Of a stretch of DNA of 32,000 nt, positions 18,440-25,656 are shown one piece after another. The position numbers and the translations under genes were made by a program. Each line of letters opens with the position of its first letter. Position 1 is the stretch's first letter. The notes under the pieces are model-generated. The model was not told where the DNA came from, ran no database searches, and saw nothing but the letters and a program-made list of their open reading frames with translations. The stretch is from Bellilinea caldifistulae (GTDB taxonomy: Bacteria; Chloroflexota; Anaerolineae; Anaerolineales; Anaerolineaceae): the NCBI RefSeq assembly GCF_001306055.1, contig NZ_LGHJ01000018.1, positions 30,001 to 62,000 on the forward strand, written 5' to 3'.

Positions 18440-21100
18440 TTATTGAATGATTTGAGTGTAAATCAGTTGATTTAACAGGGCATTTTCCTGTTCTCGCGAG
18501 GTGATTTTTCCATCCAGCCATGCGGCACGCAATGCCCAGAGTATGCGGCGGTAAACCGGACCGGGCTCAATGCCCATCGCGTGCAGGGTGTAACCATCCG
18601 TCAGGGGTTGCACTTTTTGCCATTCGGTGGCATAACGATTGAGAATCTGGCAAATTTCATTGCCTGGGCAGAGGCAGACGATTGCATATAATGCAGGTAT
18701 GGGCGCTTCTTCAAGACGGGCAACCACCCGGCTGGGAGGCTGACCGATCAATTGGGGTAATTCGTCCATCAGATGGTTGCCTGCCAGAATGGCATTCTGG
18801 AGGTGATGACTCAGTTTCAATCGCTCACAGATGGCACGACTGCTTACCGGTGGGAACGGGATCAACCAGACAAGGTAAGCCAGTGCGTTACGAATGGGTT
18901 GATTCCCCAAGCTTTCAGGAATCTGCCAGGCCGGATCGAGGGGTTCTTTGAGAACCCGCCACAAGGCATCGGATTTGGAAGCATCCCAATGCAGGTCCGG
19001 ATGAATTGCTGAAAGAAGGTTCAATTCCTCCAACCGATTTAGAGCGCTGACAGGGTTTTCCTCAGCCAGAATCAAGTCCAGTTCATGACGCAAGCGATCA
19101 CCAGAAACCTGTTTTAGGAGGTCATGAGCTTCGCTCATCAACTGGAGAGTACGACTTTCGATTCTGAAATTGAAACGCTGTTCAAAACGGACGGCACGCA
19201 ACATGCGGGTTGGGTCATCCACAAAGGAGAGGGAGTGAAGGACGCGAACCAGTTTTTTCTTGATGTCATTCATGCCGCCCCAGTAGTCGTAAAGGGTTGC
19301 GTAATGGCGCCCATCCAATCGCAAAGCCAGCGTATTGATCGTGAAATCCCGGCGGTGTAAATCAAGTTTAATACTGCCGCGTTCGACGGTCGGCAGGGCA
19401 GTGGGATAGTTGTAAAATTCGGTTCGCGCGCTGATGAGATCTAGGGAGTCGGGTAGATCTTCGGCTCTCAGCTCGCCTTCAGCTTTCATTTTTTCAATCA
19501 GCGCAGAGCGGATTGCGCCAATTTGCCACTTGGCGGTTCCAAAGCGGCTATGACTGGTTACTTTACCCCCGTACTTTTTCTCCAACGCCCTAGCCAGAGC
19601 AATAGCATCTCCCTCCACAACCAGATCAAAATCAATGGAGGGACGTTCCAGGATCAGATCACGCACAAACCCCCCGACCACATATATCGGCAAGCGATGG
19701 CGGTGGGCTTCTTCGGCAATCGTCTTCAATAACGCCAGACGGGCTGGGGGTAGGGCTTTTTCTAACCGGTCAGCAAAATTTTTTCTTTCCGGCTGGATGG
19801 TATCCTCTTTGCCAATTTGTTTGAGCAAATCGGTGCGGGTAACGATACCGATGATCTGGTGTGTTTCCGGATCAACCACAGGCACCTGACCCCAGCCGGT
19901 ATCGGCCATTAATTGTTGAAGGTAGGGAAGGGGTGTATCGGGCGTGACGAAGTGCTCGCCGGCATCCATCAGGCTGACGGCAGGTAGATTGAGTTTATGG
20001 GCCAAAGCACGATCCACGGCACGTCGGGTGAGTAATCCAACTACCCGCCCGTCTTTGACTACTGGATAGCCTTCATATCCATAGCGCTGCATCAAACGCG
20101 CGGCTTCCTCGGCTGAGGTCTCCGGTTTCAATACCCGTGGGTTGCGGGACATGATCTTTCCAACCGTAATGGCAGGTTGAACGATGGAAGGGAGCGCTTC
20201 TACCAAACGGTTGTAAATCTCGTCAATGTCGGGGGAAGGCTGGGTGGCTTTATCCCCGGTACGAATCAGAGCAGCGGCTGCTTTCTCATGTCCGCGTCCA
20301 CCAAAGAGGGCAACCGTCTGAGCTACATTAACCCGCTCGGTTGTGGAGCGAGCAACAATGCGGATACCCTCGATGGTGTTGACCAGAAGAAACAGAGCGT
20401 CGGGGTCGAGCAAATCGCGCAATTTATGCGCAATACTGGAAATTTCCTCACTAATATCACGGGCCTCGGCTTTGGCAATGATGATATGCTGCCCATGAAT
20501 ATGCAGGCTTTCAGCGTTTTGCAAGAGACGGTTATATAACTCGCGTTGCTGTTCGGAGAGCGGCGGGTTGAGGTATTCGTCAACCAGATTCAGACTGGCA
20601 CCTTGTTCCAGCAAAAAAGCGGCCGCACGCAAGTCGCGCGGAGTAGTGCTGCTGTAAGTCAGGCTTCCCGTGTCCTCGTAAATGCCCAGAAGCAGCAACG
20701 TTGCCTGTAATGTGTTCAACGGGCCGTTGTGGTCTTGAATGTCTTCAATCAACAAAGTGGTTGTTGCGCCCACCCGTTCGATTACCAATGTCCAATCGGG
20801 CGGCAAGTCTTCGCGGGCTTGATGATGATCAATCACATGAACAAGGGTGTCGTCTTTCATTCCCTTGAGGGTGATCAAGGATTGAGTATCCACCAGGGTT
20901 ACAATTTCAATATCCTCAGCGGGGAGGTCGCGCGCCTCGATGAAGGGCAGTTCTGCGCCGTAAAGGTTCAGGAATGCCCGCACATTGCGGTTGACACGTC
21001 GAGGTAGAACTGGTAGAGCCCGCTCATTAAGGATATGGGCAGCCAATAAGGCAGCAATGGCATCGAAATCGGCTTGCTCGTGGGTCAAAATCACCTGCAT
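18440..21100 (-). CDS. Multidomain DHH-DHHA1 / tandem CBS / poly(A) polymerase-CCA-adding-type tRNA nucleotidyltransferase fusion protein
   Basis: Start set at ATG 21100 (MQVILTHEQADFDAIAALLAA, DHH motif I; later VIDHH). A CBS pair follows (IMSRNPRVLKPETSAEEAARLMQRYGYEGYPVV...GIVTRTDLLKQ). Then comes the nucleotidyltransferase head VVGGFVRDLILERPSIDFDLVVEGDA and RDFTINTLA. A TACAAT box lies 6 nt upstream of this ATG. Confidence 0.85.
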   Translation of the reverse strand: MQVILTHEQADFDAIAALLAAHILNERALPVLPRRVNRNVRAFLNLYGAELPFIEARDLPAEDIEIVTLVDTQSLITLKGMKDDTLVHVIDHHQAREDLPPDWTLVIERVGATTTLLIEDIQDHNGPLNTLQATLLLLGIYEDTGSLTYSSTTPRDLRAAAFLLEQGASLNLVDEYLNPPLSEQQRELYNRLLQNAESLHIHGQHIIIAKAEARDISEEISSIAHKLRDLLDPDALFLLVNTIEGIRIVARSTTERVNVAQTVALFGGRGHEKAAAALIRTGDKATQPSPDIDEIYNRLVEALPSIVQPAITVGKIMSRNPRVLKPETSAEEAARLMQRYGYEGYPVVKDGRVVGLLTRRAVDRALAHKLNLPAVSLMDAGEHFVTPDTPLPYLQQLMADTGWGQVPVVDPETHQIIGIVTRTDLLKQIGKEDTIQPERKNFADRLEKALPPARLALLKTIAEEAHRHRLPIYVVGGFVRDLILERPSIDFDLVVEGDAIALARALEKKYGGKVTSHSRFGTAKWQIGAIRSALIEKMKAEGELRAEDLPDSLDLISARTEFYNYPTALPTVERGSIKLDLHRRDFTINTLALRLDGRHYATLYDYWGGMNDIKKKLVRVLHSLSFVDDPTRMLRAVRFEQRFNFRIESRTLQLMSEAHDLLKQVSGDRLRHELDLILAEENPVSALNRLEELNLLSAIHPDLHWDASKSDALWRVLKEPLDPAWQIPESLGNQPIRNALAYLVWLIPFPPVSSRAICERLKLSHHLQNAILAGNHLMDELPQLIGQPPSRVVARLEEAPIPALYAIVCLCPGNEICQILNRYATEWQKVQPLTDGYTLHAMGIEPGPVYRRILWALRAAWLDGKITSREQENALLNQLIYTQIIQ

Positions 21101-21191
21101 GACTATATTGTAACGGAAATTAAGTTGAAAAAGGCTGATATCATTGCCAAGCTCTGAATTATTTTGATGGATTCGGGTTTTCAAAAGGAGG

Positions 21192-22061
21192 TTATCGGGA
21201 ACGATAAATGATTGCCATGTTGCCCAAAACCTGGAAGGATGCAAGAAAAACGTCCCAAGACCGCCAGTAAACCAAAGCCCCATCCAGTAAAGTAACTCCG
21301 TTTGGGTCATATCCGATGAGGATGGCTGTGTGTTCATTGGGGGCAACGGTGATTGTCTCCCCCGCCTGGGTAGTGTATTAAAGGGCATAACCCGGTGAAG
21401 TGCCAAAAATAATCCAAACAATCACCGGGTGGCCGGCAGCGATTTCTGCTTTTATTTCCTCCGCACTTAAACCCACAACATCTTCAGCCGGCAGGCCGTA
21501 GGCGCGGAGGAGGGCTGCAACCGGTGCTGCATGAACACCGTAGGGGTCCGGGGGGATTAAGCCACCGGGACCGTTAGGGTTTCCAACAAAACCTTTATTT
21601 GGATCATCGGATTGGGGGAGCTGGGATAAAAATTCCAGTTCATGAATTGAAACACCAAAATAGGCTGCCCAATCTGCCGCAGAGCGCGATTAACAGGAAA
21701 GGTTCAGTGTTTGCGGATAGCCACGAATACCTTGTATTTTTGCCGAAGGAGGAAGTTGAACGGTCGGTTCGAGAGCAGGCATGACCGCTGGCGGTGTAGT
21801 TGGAGTGGGTGTCGGTGTAGGGGCGGAAGTAGAAGTGGATAGCGGTTGAAAAGGGGTGGGAGTTTCCGGAAAGCCGCCAAATCCAAGAGCTAAGCTGGGG
21901 CTGGGAGAGGGTTGTGGGGAATAACCCGGCACTTGTCCCCTTATTGAGAGGCGATTTTCGAGCCCTGCGATAACCAGGATGATCAAAACCAGAATTAACC
22001 CGATGGCTGGTAGAAGATAAGGAAAAATACTGCCGCTTTGGGTGGTGGAGTCCCTTTTCAT
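21192..22061 (-). pseudogene. Membrane-anchored C39-like (papain-fold) peptidase gene interrupted by two in-frame TAA codons
   Basis: A single reading frame of 289 sense codons encodes a TM anchor, a Pro/Thr/Ser-rich linker and a peptidase domain with Cys (LNLSC) and His (NEHTAILIGYD). In-frame TAA codons lie at 21692..21690, immediately after the putative catalytic Cys, and at 21380..21378. There are no frameshifts. I re-derived the translation by hand across both stops. Confidence 0.7.
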
Positions 22062-22073
22062 CGGCGGCGAGGA

Positions 22074-22652
22074 TCAGGGTTCAATGATGATATCCATAAA
22101 AATTGGATCGCCAAAGGGTTGATCCTGTGAGTTGTAAGCCTGCCATGCACTCCGGTAATTGCCCGGTTCGGATGGAGCCTGAAATAATATGCGAATGACG
22201 GCTCGGGTTCCGCTGCGAGCCGGGATTAGCGCTTGTTGGGTCCCGGCGCCCATTTCATCTCCGGCAATCAATCGAATAGAATAACCAATTTCCCAATTGC
22301 AGGTGCCACTGTTTTCTACTTCCCAGCGCTTATCAATGGATGCGCCGGCCTGGATGATGCTGCCATCCGGCACGGTTAAGTCGTTGATGAAGGTTAACCC
22401 ATCTGCACAGGGTAGAGTGGGGGTTGGTTGGGACTGGCCGGGGGTGAGACTGGGTTCAATGCGTACAGGTGCAGATGTTGGCGGTAAAAACAAAGGTGAC
22501 TGGCCGGCGGGCGAAGGAACGCGTTGAGGGGGTGCAAAAGTACAGCCCTGAAGGATTAGCACCAGGGCTGCAAGGTTCCAGGCCAATTTGAATCGGGAAA
22601 CGCCATGTGAAATGGTAAAAATTTCCCTCTCAAACGATTTTTGTGATTTCAT
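22074..22652 (-). CDS. Lipoprotein with NBR1-like (Nbr1_FW) Ig-fold domain
   Basis: ATG 22652 gives MKSQKS...LAALVLILQGC, a signal peptide with lipobox. The C-terminal FINDLTVPDGSIIQAGASIDKRWEVENSGTCNWEIGYSIRLIAGD...FQAPSEPGNYRSAWQ resembles the W-x-V-x-N-x-G...W pattern of NBR1-like domains. The longer start at 22706 would overlap recA. Confidence 0.6.
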   Translation of the reverse strand: MKSQKSFEREIFTISHGVSRFKLAWNLAALVLILQGCTFAPPQRVPSPAGQSPLFLPPTSAPVRIEPSLTPGQSQPTPTLPCADGLTFINDLTVPDGSIIQAGASIDKRWEVENSGTCNWEIGYSIRLIAGDEMGAGTQQALIPARSGTRAVIRILFQAPSEPGNYRSAWQAYNSQDQPFGDPIFMDIIIEP

Positions 22653-22662
22653 TGCCTCGAAA

Positions 22663-23763
22663 TCAAATCTCGTCCGAGAAACCTTCATCGCCGCTATCTG
22701 CAGCAAAAGCCAGAGGTATTTCTCCGCCTAAAGCTCGCTGGCGCACGGCGTTTTCAATCTCAAGGGCAAGTTCGGGGTTTTGGCGCAGAAACTCTTTCGC
22801 GTTTTCGCGCCCTTGACCGAGGCGAATATCGCCGTATGAGAAGAAAGCTCCTCGTTTGGTGATGATGTCCAATCCTGTTGCAAGATCAAGGATGTCGCCG
22901 GTCTTTGATATCCCTTCGTTGTACATGATATCGAATTCTGCGGTACGGAAAGGTGGGGCAACTTTGTTCTTGACGACTTTAACCCGCACGCGGTTTCCAA
23001 TCACTTCTGCTCCAACTTTGATGGACTGGATGCGCCGGATATCCAGCCGAACCGATGCATAAAATTTGAGAGCCAGCCCCCCAGGAGTGGTTTCGGGGTT
23101 ACCAAACATCACGCCGATTTTCTGCCTTAATTGATTGGTGAAGACGACCGCAGTTTTGGTTTGATTGATTGCACTGGAGAGTTTTCGCAAAGCCTGAGAC
23201 ATCAGGCGGGCTTGCATACCCATTGTCGCATCGCCCATGTCCCCTTCGATTTCATTGCGCGGAACGAGAGCAGCTACCGAGTCGATTACCACCAGATCAA
23301 TTGCCCCGGAACGAACGAGAGTTTCGGTGATTTCAAGAGCCTGTTCACCGGTGTCGGGCTGCGAGATGTATAAACTGTCAATATCCACACCTAAGCGGGC
23401 TGCGTATGCCGGATCAAGCGCATGTTCCATATCCACGTAGGCAGCCGTGCCCCCCATTCGCTGGGCTTCGGCGACCAGATGCAGACACAGGGTAGTTTTT
23501 CCGGAAGATTCCGGACCAAAAATTTCCGTGACTCTGCCGCGAGGAATGCCGCCAACGCCCAGTGCAATATCAAGGGAAAGAGAGCCGGTGGGGATGGCTT
23601 CGACTTCCAGATGTTGAGCCTCGCCAAGTCGCATAATAGCGCCATCGCCATAGCGCTTGAGAATATCACCAAGGGCTTTGTCAAGCATGGCTCTGCGGGC
23701 ATCATCCTGAGGATTGCCGCCGCCAGCCGGTAATGGGGTAGAAGAAGGGTTTTTACGCGCCAT
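22663..23763 (-). CDS. recA: Recombinase A
   Basis: Canonical RecA features are present: Walker [20 protein letters not shown]-like [10 protein letters not shown], and the L2 region GNPETTPGG. The C-terminal tail is acidic. The SD AGGAG is the complement of 23771-23775. Confidence 0.97.
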   Translation of the reverse strand: MARKNPSSTPLPAGGGNPQDDARRAMLDKALGDILKRYGDGAIMRLGEAQHLEVEAIPTGSLSLDIALGVGGIPRGRVTEIFGPESSGKTTLCLHLVAEAQRMGGTAAYVDMEHALDPAYAARLGVDIDSLYISQPDTGEQALEITETLVRSGAIDLVVIDSVAALVPRNEIEGDMGDATMGMQARLMSQALRKLSSAINQTKTAVVFTNQLRQKIGVMFGNPETTPGGLALKFYASVRLDIRRIQSIKVGAEVIGNRVRVKVVKNKVAPPFRTAEFDIMYNEGISKTGDILDLATGLDIITKRGAFFSYGDIRLGQGRENAKEFLRQNPELALEIENAVRQRALGGEIPLAFAADSGDEGFSDEI

Positions 23764-23809
23764 GAAAAATCTCCTGAAGGGTTCTGGTTAATTATGATTA
23801 TATCTGTAT

Positions 23810-23824
23810 CTCGCAAATTGCGAG
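23810..23824. promoter_or_regulatory. Perfect 7-1-7 palindrome CTCGCAA-A-TTGCGAG in the recA upstream region (candidate operator)
   Basis: The palindrome lies 47-61 nt upstream of the recA ATG. It sits between the two candidate recA -10 boxes (TATAAT as complement of 23852-23857 and of 23797-23802). Confidence 0.35.
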
Positions 23825-23851
23825 TACATTCCGGGATTCAATCATCAATTC

Positions 23852-23879
23852 ATTATAGTATATTTGTTCTATTCGTCAA
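23852..23879 (-). promoter_or_regulatory. Candidate recA promoter (TTGACG-16 nt-TATAAT on the minus strand)
   Basis: TTGACG is the complement of 23874-23879 and TATAAT is the complement of 23852-23857. A second TATAAT (complement of 23797-23802) lies nearer the gene. Confidence 0.45.
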
Positions 23880-23909
23880 GGATTTAATCAACTTTTTACA
23901 AATTCCCTC

Positions 23910-23938
23910 TTGACATGGACTGTTGAAATTGATAGTAT
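23910..23938 (+). promoter_or_regulatory. Near-consensus sigma-70 promoter of glnA (TTGACA-17 nt-TAGTAT with TG extended -10)
   Basis: TTGACA lies at 23910-23915, the spacer is 17 nt, TGa lies at 23930-23932 and TAGTAT at 23933-23938. The predicted TSS is near 23945, about 360 nt upstream of the glnA ATG. Confidence 0.55.
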
Positions 23939-23944
23939 ATTACC

Positions 23945-24300
23945 AACTTAATGGCAAGTTACAATCGAATAGATGGAGAAATAGCGGCTGAGTCCTGTCG
24001 AAAACCGGCAGGATGACGAGGTGGAGGTTCCTCTCTGCGAAGAGAGCGCTAACCCTGCAAAGCAGGGGAAAATCGAAGGATCAGCGGATGCCTCTGGAGC
24101 CCGGTCACAGGCTCCTTTCTCCCTTCCGGAAGAAGTGTCTGGCTGAAACCCTGCGGTAACGCTCGAACCAATGCCAGCGCAGTGACCGGCAGAGCCAAAT
24201 GGCTTGACCGATGTGAATTTTGGAAGGGCAGCTGCTTGATCATTCCAGTCAATGAAGGGCATGCCCGGCATGCCCTGTATTATTTAAATCCCAAAGGAGG
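23945..24300 (+). ncRNA. Structured cis-regulatory 5' leader of glnA (unclassified candidate riboswitch/attenuator)
   Basis: This is a GC-rich non-coding stretch between the promoter and the glnA SD, with many short perfect helices, two of them capped by GNRA loops. It also carries a terminator hairpin and pyrimidine tracts complementary both to the SD and to the terminator 5' arm. Coordinates are given in the findings. Confidence 0.5.
24257..24285 (+). terminator. Terminator hairpin at the 3' end of the glnA leader
   Basis: GGGCATGC (24257-24264) pairs with GCATGCCC (24268-24275) around loop CCG, followed by TGTATTATTT. The hairpin ends 18 nt upstream of the SD AAAGGAGG (24293-24300). Confidence 0.55.
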
Positions 24301-24307
24301 TTGTTCG

Positions 24308-25648
24308 ATGGACGCCAAAGATTTACTCAAGAAAGTGAAAGAAGATAATATCAAGTTCATTTCATACCAGTTTATTGATGTGTTAGGATCGGTCAAATCG
24401 GTGGACGCACCGATAGACCAGCTGGAAGGTGCACTGGAAAACGGTGTTTGGTTTGATGGGTCTTCTGTAGAGGGCTTTGCCCGCATCCAGGAGTCGGACA
24501 TGCACTTACGGATTGACCCCGAAACCTATGCAGTACTGCCATGGACACCGCCTGAATTAAAACGCGCCAGAGTCTTTTGCGATATTTATCACCCGGATGG
24601 TACACCCTTTGCCGGTGATCCACGCGGGAGCTTAAAGCGTGCCCTTCAAAAATTGAAGGATGAGCGCGGCTGGACATATAATGTGGGCCCTGAGCCCGAA
24701 TTTTTCCTCTTCCGGCGGAACGGTACAGAAAGCATCCGTCCGGTTCCGCATGACGTGGGAGGATATTTTGACTTTTCCCCTAATGATGAAGCGGTGAGGG
24801 TACGAACCGAATTGATGGAAGCCCTCAATAAAATGGGGCTGGAAGTCGAAGTTGGGCATCACGAAGTGGCTTTGGGGCAGCATGAGATTGATTTTCGTTT
24901 TGCGGATGCCTTAAGGACTGCCGACAATGTGGTCACTTTAAAGTACACCGTTAAAGCAATTGCTGCTCAGCATGGTCTGATTGCTTCCTTCATGCCCAAA
25001 CCCATTTTTGGGATTAATGGTTCGGGGATGCACTGCCATCAGTCGCTTTTTGACAAAGAGGGGAATAATCTCTTCTTTGCAGAAAATGACCCCTTCCATC
25101 TCTCGCCGATAGCCTATGGTTTCATTGCCGGGCAACTGGCACATGCCCGCGCACTATCGGCCGTGGTTGCGCCTACGGTAAATTCTTATAAGCGATTGGT
25201 GCCCGGCTACGAAGCTCCCGTCTATGTCGGTTGGGCGCAAATCAATCGGTCGGCGTTGATCCGCATCCCGCGTTACACCCCCGGCATGCATAAAGCCACC
25301 CGTGCCGAATTGCGCTGTCCGGATCCGTCCTGTAATCCGTATCTGGCTTTCAACGCCATGTTGAAGGCAGCATTGGACGGAATTGACCGCCAGTTAACCC
25401 CGCCGGAACCGCTCAATAATGTCAATGTTTATGAAATGGATGCTGCAGAACGCCGCGAGCGCGGAGTTGCCGAGTTGCCCGGCTCGTTACGTCAGGCACT
25501 GGAGGAGCTGGAAAAAGATGAGGTCATTCAAAGCGCATTTTCATCCAGCTTATACGAGGCGTTCGTGCGTGCCAAATGGACGGAGTGGGATGAGTTCCGT
25601 ACGCAGGTATCGGACTGGGAAATTGAACGCTTCCTGGAGACGGCTTGA
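24308..25648 (+). CDS. glnA: Glutamine synthetase, type I (short, ~446 aa form)
   Basis: MDAKDLLKKVKEDNIKFISYQFIDVLG..., then FDGSSVEGF, NGSGMHCHQSLF and RIPRY...ELRCPDPSCNPYLAF. The SD AAAGGAGG lies 7 nt upstream of ATG 24308. The GTG 24182 extension lies inside the structured leader and looks non-homologous. Confidence 0.95.
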   Translation: MDAKDLLKKVKEDNIKFISYQFIDVLGSVKSVDAPIDQLEGALENGVWFDGSSVEGFARIQESDMHLRIDPETYAVLPWTPPELKRARVFCDIYHPDGTPFAGDPRGSLKRALQKLKDERGWTYNVGPEPEFFLFRRNGTESIRPVPHDVGGYFDFSPNDEAVRVRTELMEALNKMGLEVEVGHHEVALGQHEIDFRFADALRTADNVVTLKYTVKAIAAQHGLIASFMPKPIFGINGSGMHCHQSLFDKEGNNLFFAENDPFHLSPIAYGFIAGQLAHARALSAVVAPTVNSYKRLVPGYEAPVYVGWAQINRSALIRIPRYTPGMHKATRAELRCPDPSCNPYLAFNAMLKAALDGIDRQLTPPEPLNNVNVYEMDAAERRERGVAELPGSLRQALEELEKDEVIQSAFSSSLYEAFVRAKWTEWDEFRTQVSDWEIERFLETA

Positions 25649-25656
25649 ATTAGACC

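Noticed and set aside
21101-21421. N-terminal 107 codons of the 993-aa ORF (18440..21421, minus strand)
   Set aside because: This stretch overlaps the C-terminal part of the C39-like peptidase reading frame in another frame and has no DHH-family similarity. The recognisable protein starts at MQVILTHEQADFD (ATG 21100), which has a TACAAT box 6 nt upstream. I treat it as an open-frame artefact.
21378-21692. Genome-wide reassignment of TAA as a sense codon
   Set aside because: TAA clearly terminates pnp (6780-6782), rpsO (9232-9234), the EF-G paralogue (14452-14454), the AtpZ-like gene (3091-3093) and the b/delta fusion, each at the expected protein end.
22653-22706. Longer start (22706 or 22688) for the NBR1-like lipoprotein
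   Set aside because: It would overlap the recA 3' end by up to 44 nt. ATG 22652 gives a normal-length signal peptide ending in the lipobox LQGC.
24139-24182. TPP-riboswitch-like strings (GGCTGAAACCC ... AATGCCAGCGCAG)
   Set aside because: These resemble the CUGAGA...ACCC and AAUGCCAGCGUAG segments of the THI element. However, the intervening ACCUGAUCUGGAU helix and the 5' GGGG-x-GC partner are missing, and the helix topology differs. The gene context (glnA) is also wrong. I take it as chance similarity, though it is worth including in a cmscan.
23948-24271. 107-aa minus-strand ORF inside the glnA leader
   Set aside because: It is Ser/Gly/Ala/Pro-rich with no start context. It lies exactly antisense to a region better explained by RNA helices, and I recognise no homology.
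23945-24300. T-box leader upstream of glnA
   Set aside because: A GAUGACG K-turn-like string exists at 24012-24018. However, there is no T-box sequence (GGGUGGNACCGCG-type with a UGGN bulge) next to the terminator, and I could find no convincing specifier loop.
24182-24307. GTG-initiated 42-codon extension of glnA
   Set aside because: GS homology begins at MDAKDLLKK (ATG 24308), which has a perfect SD 7 nt upstream. The extension runs through the terminator hairpin and the SD of the leader.
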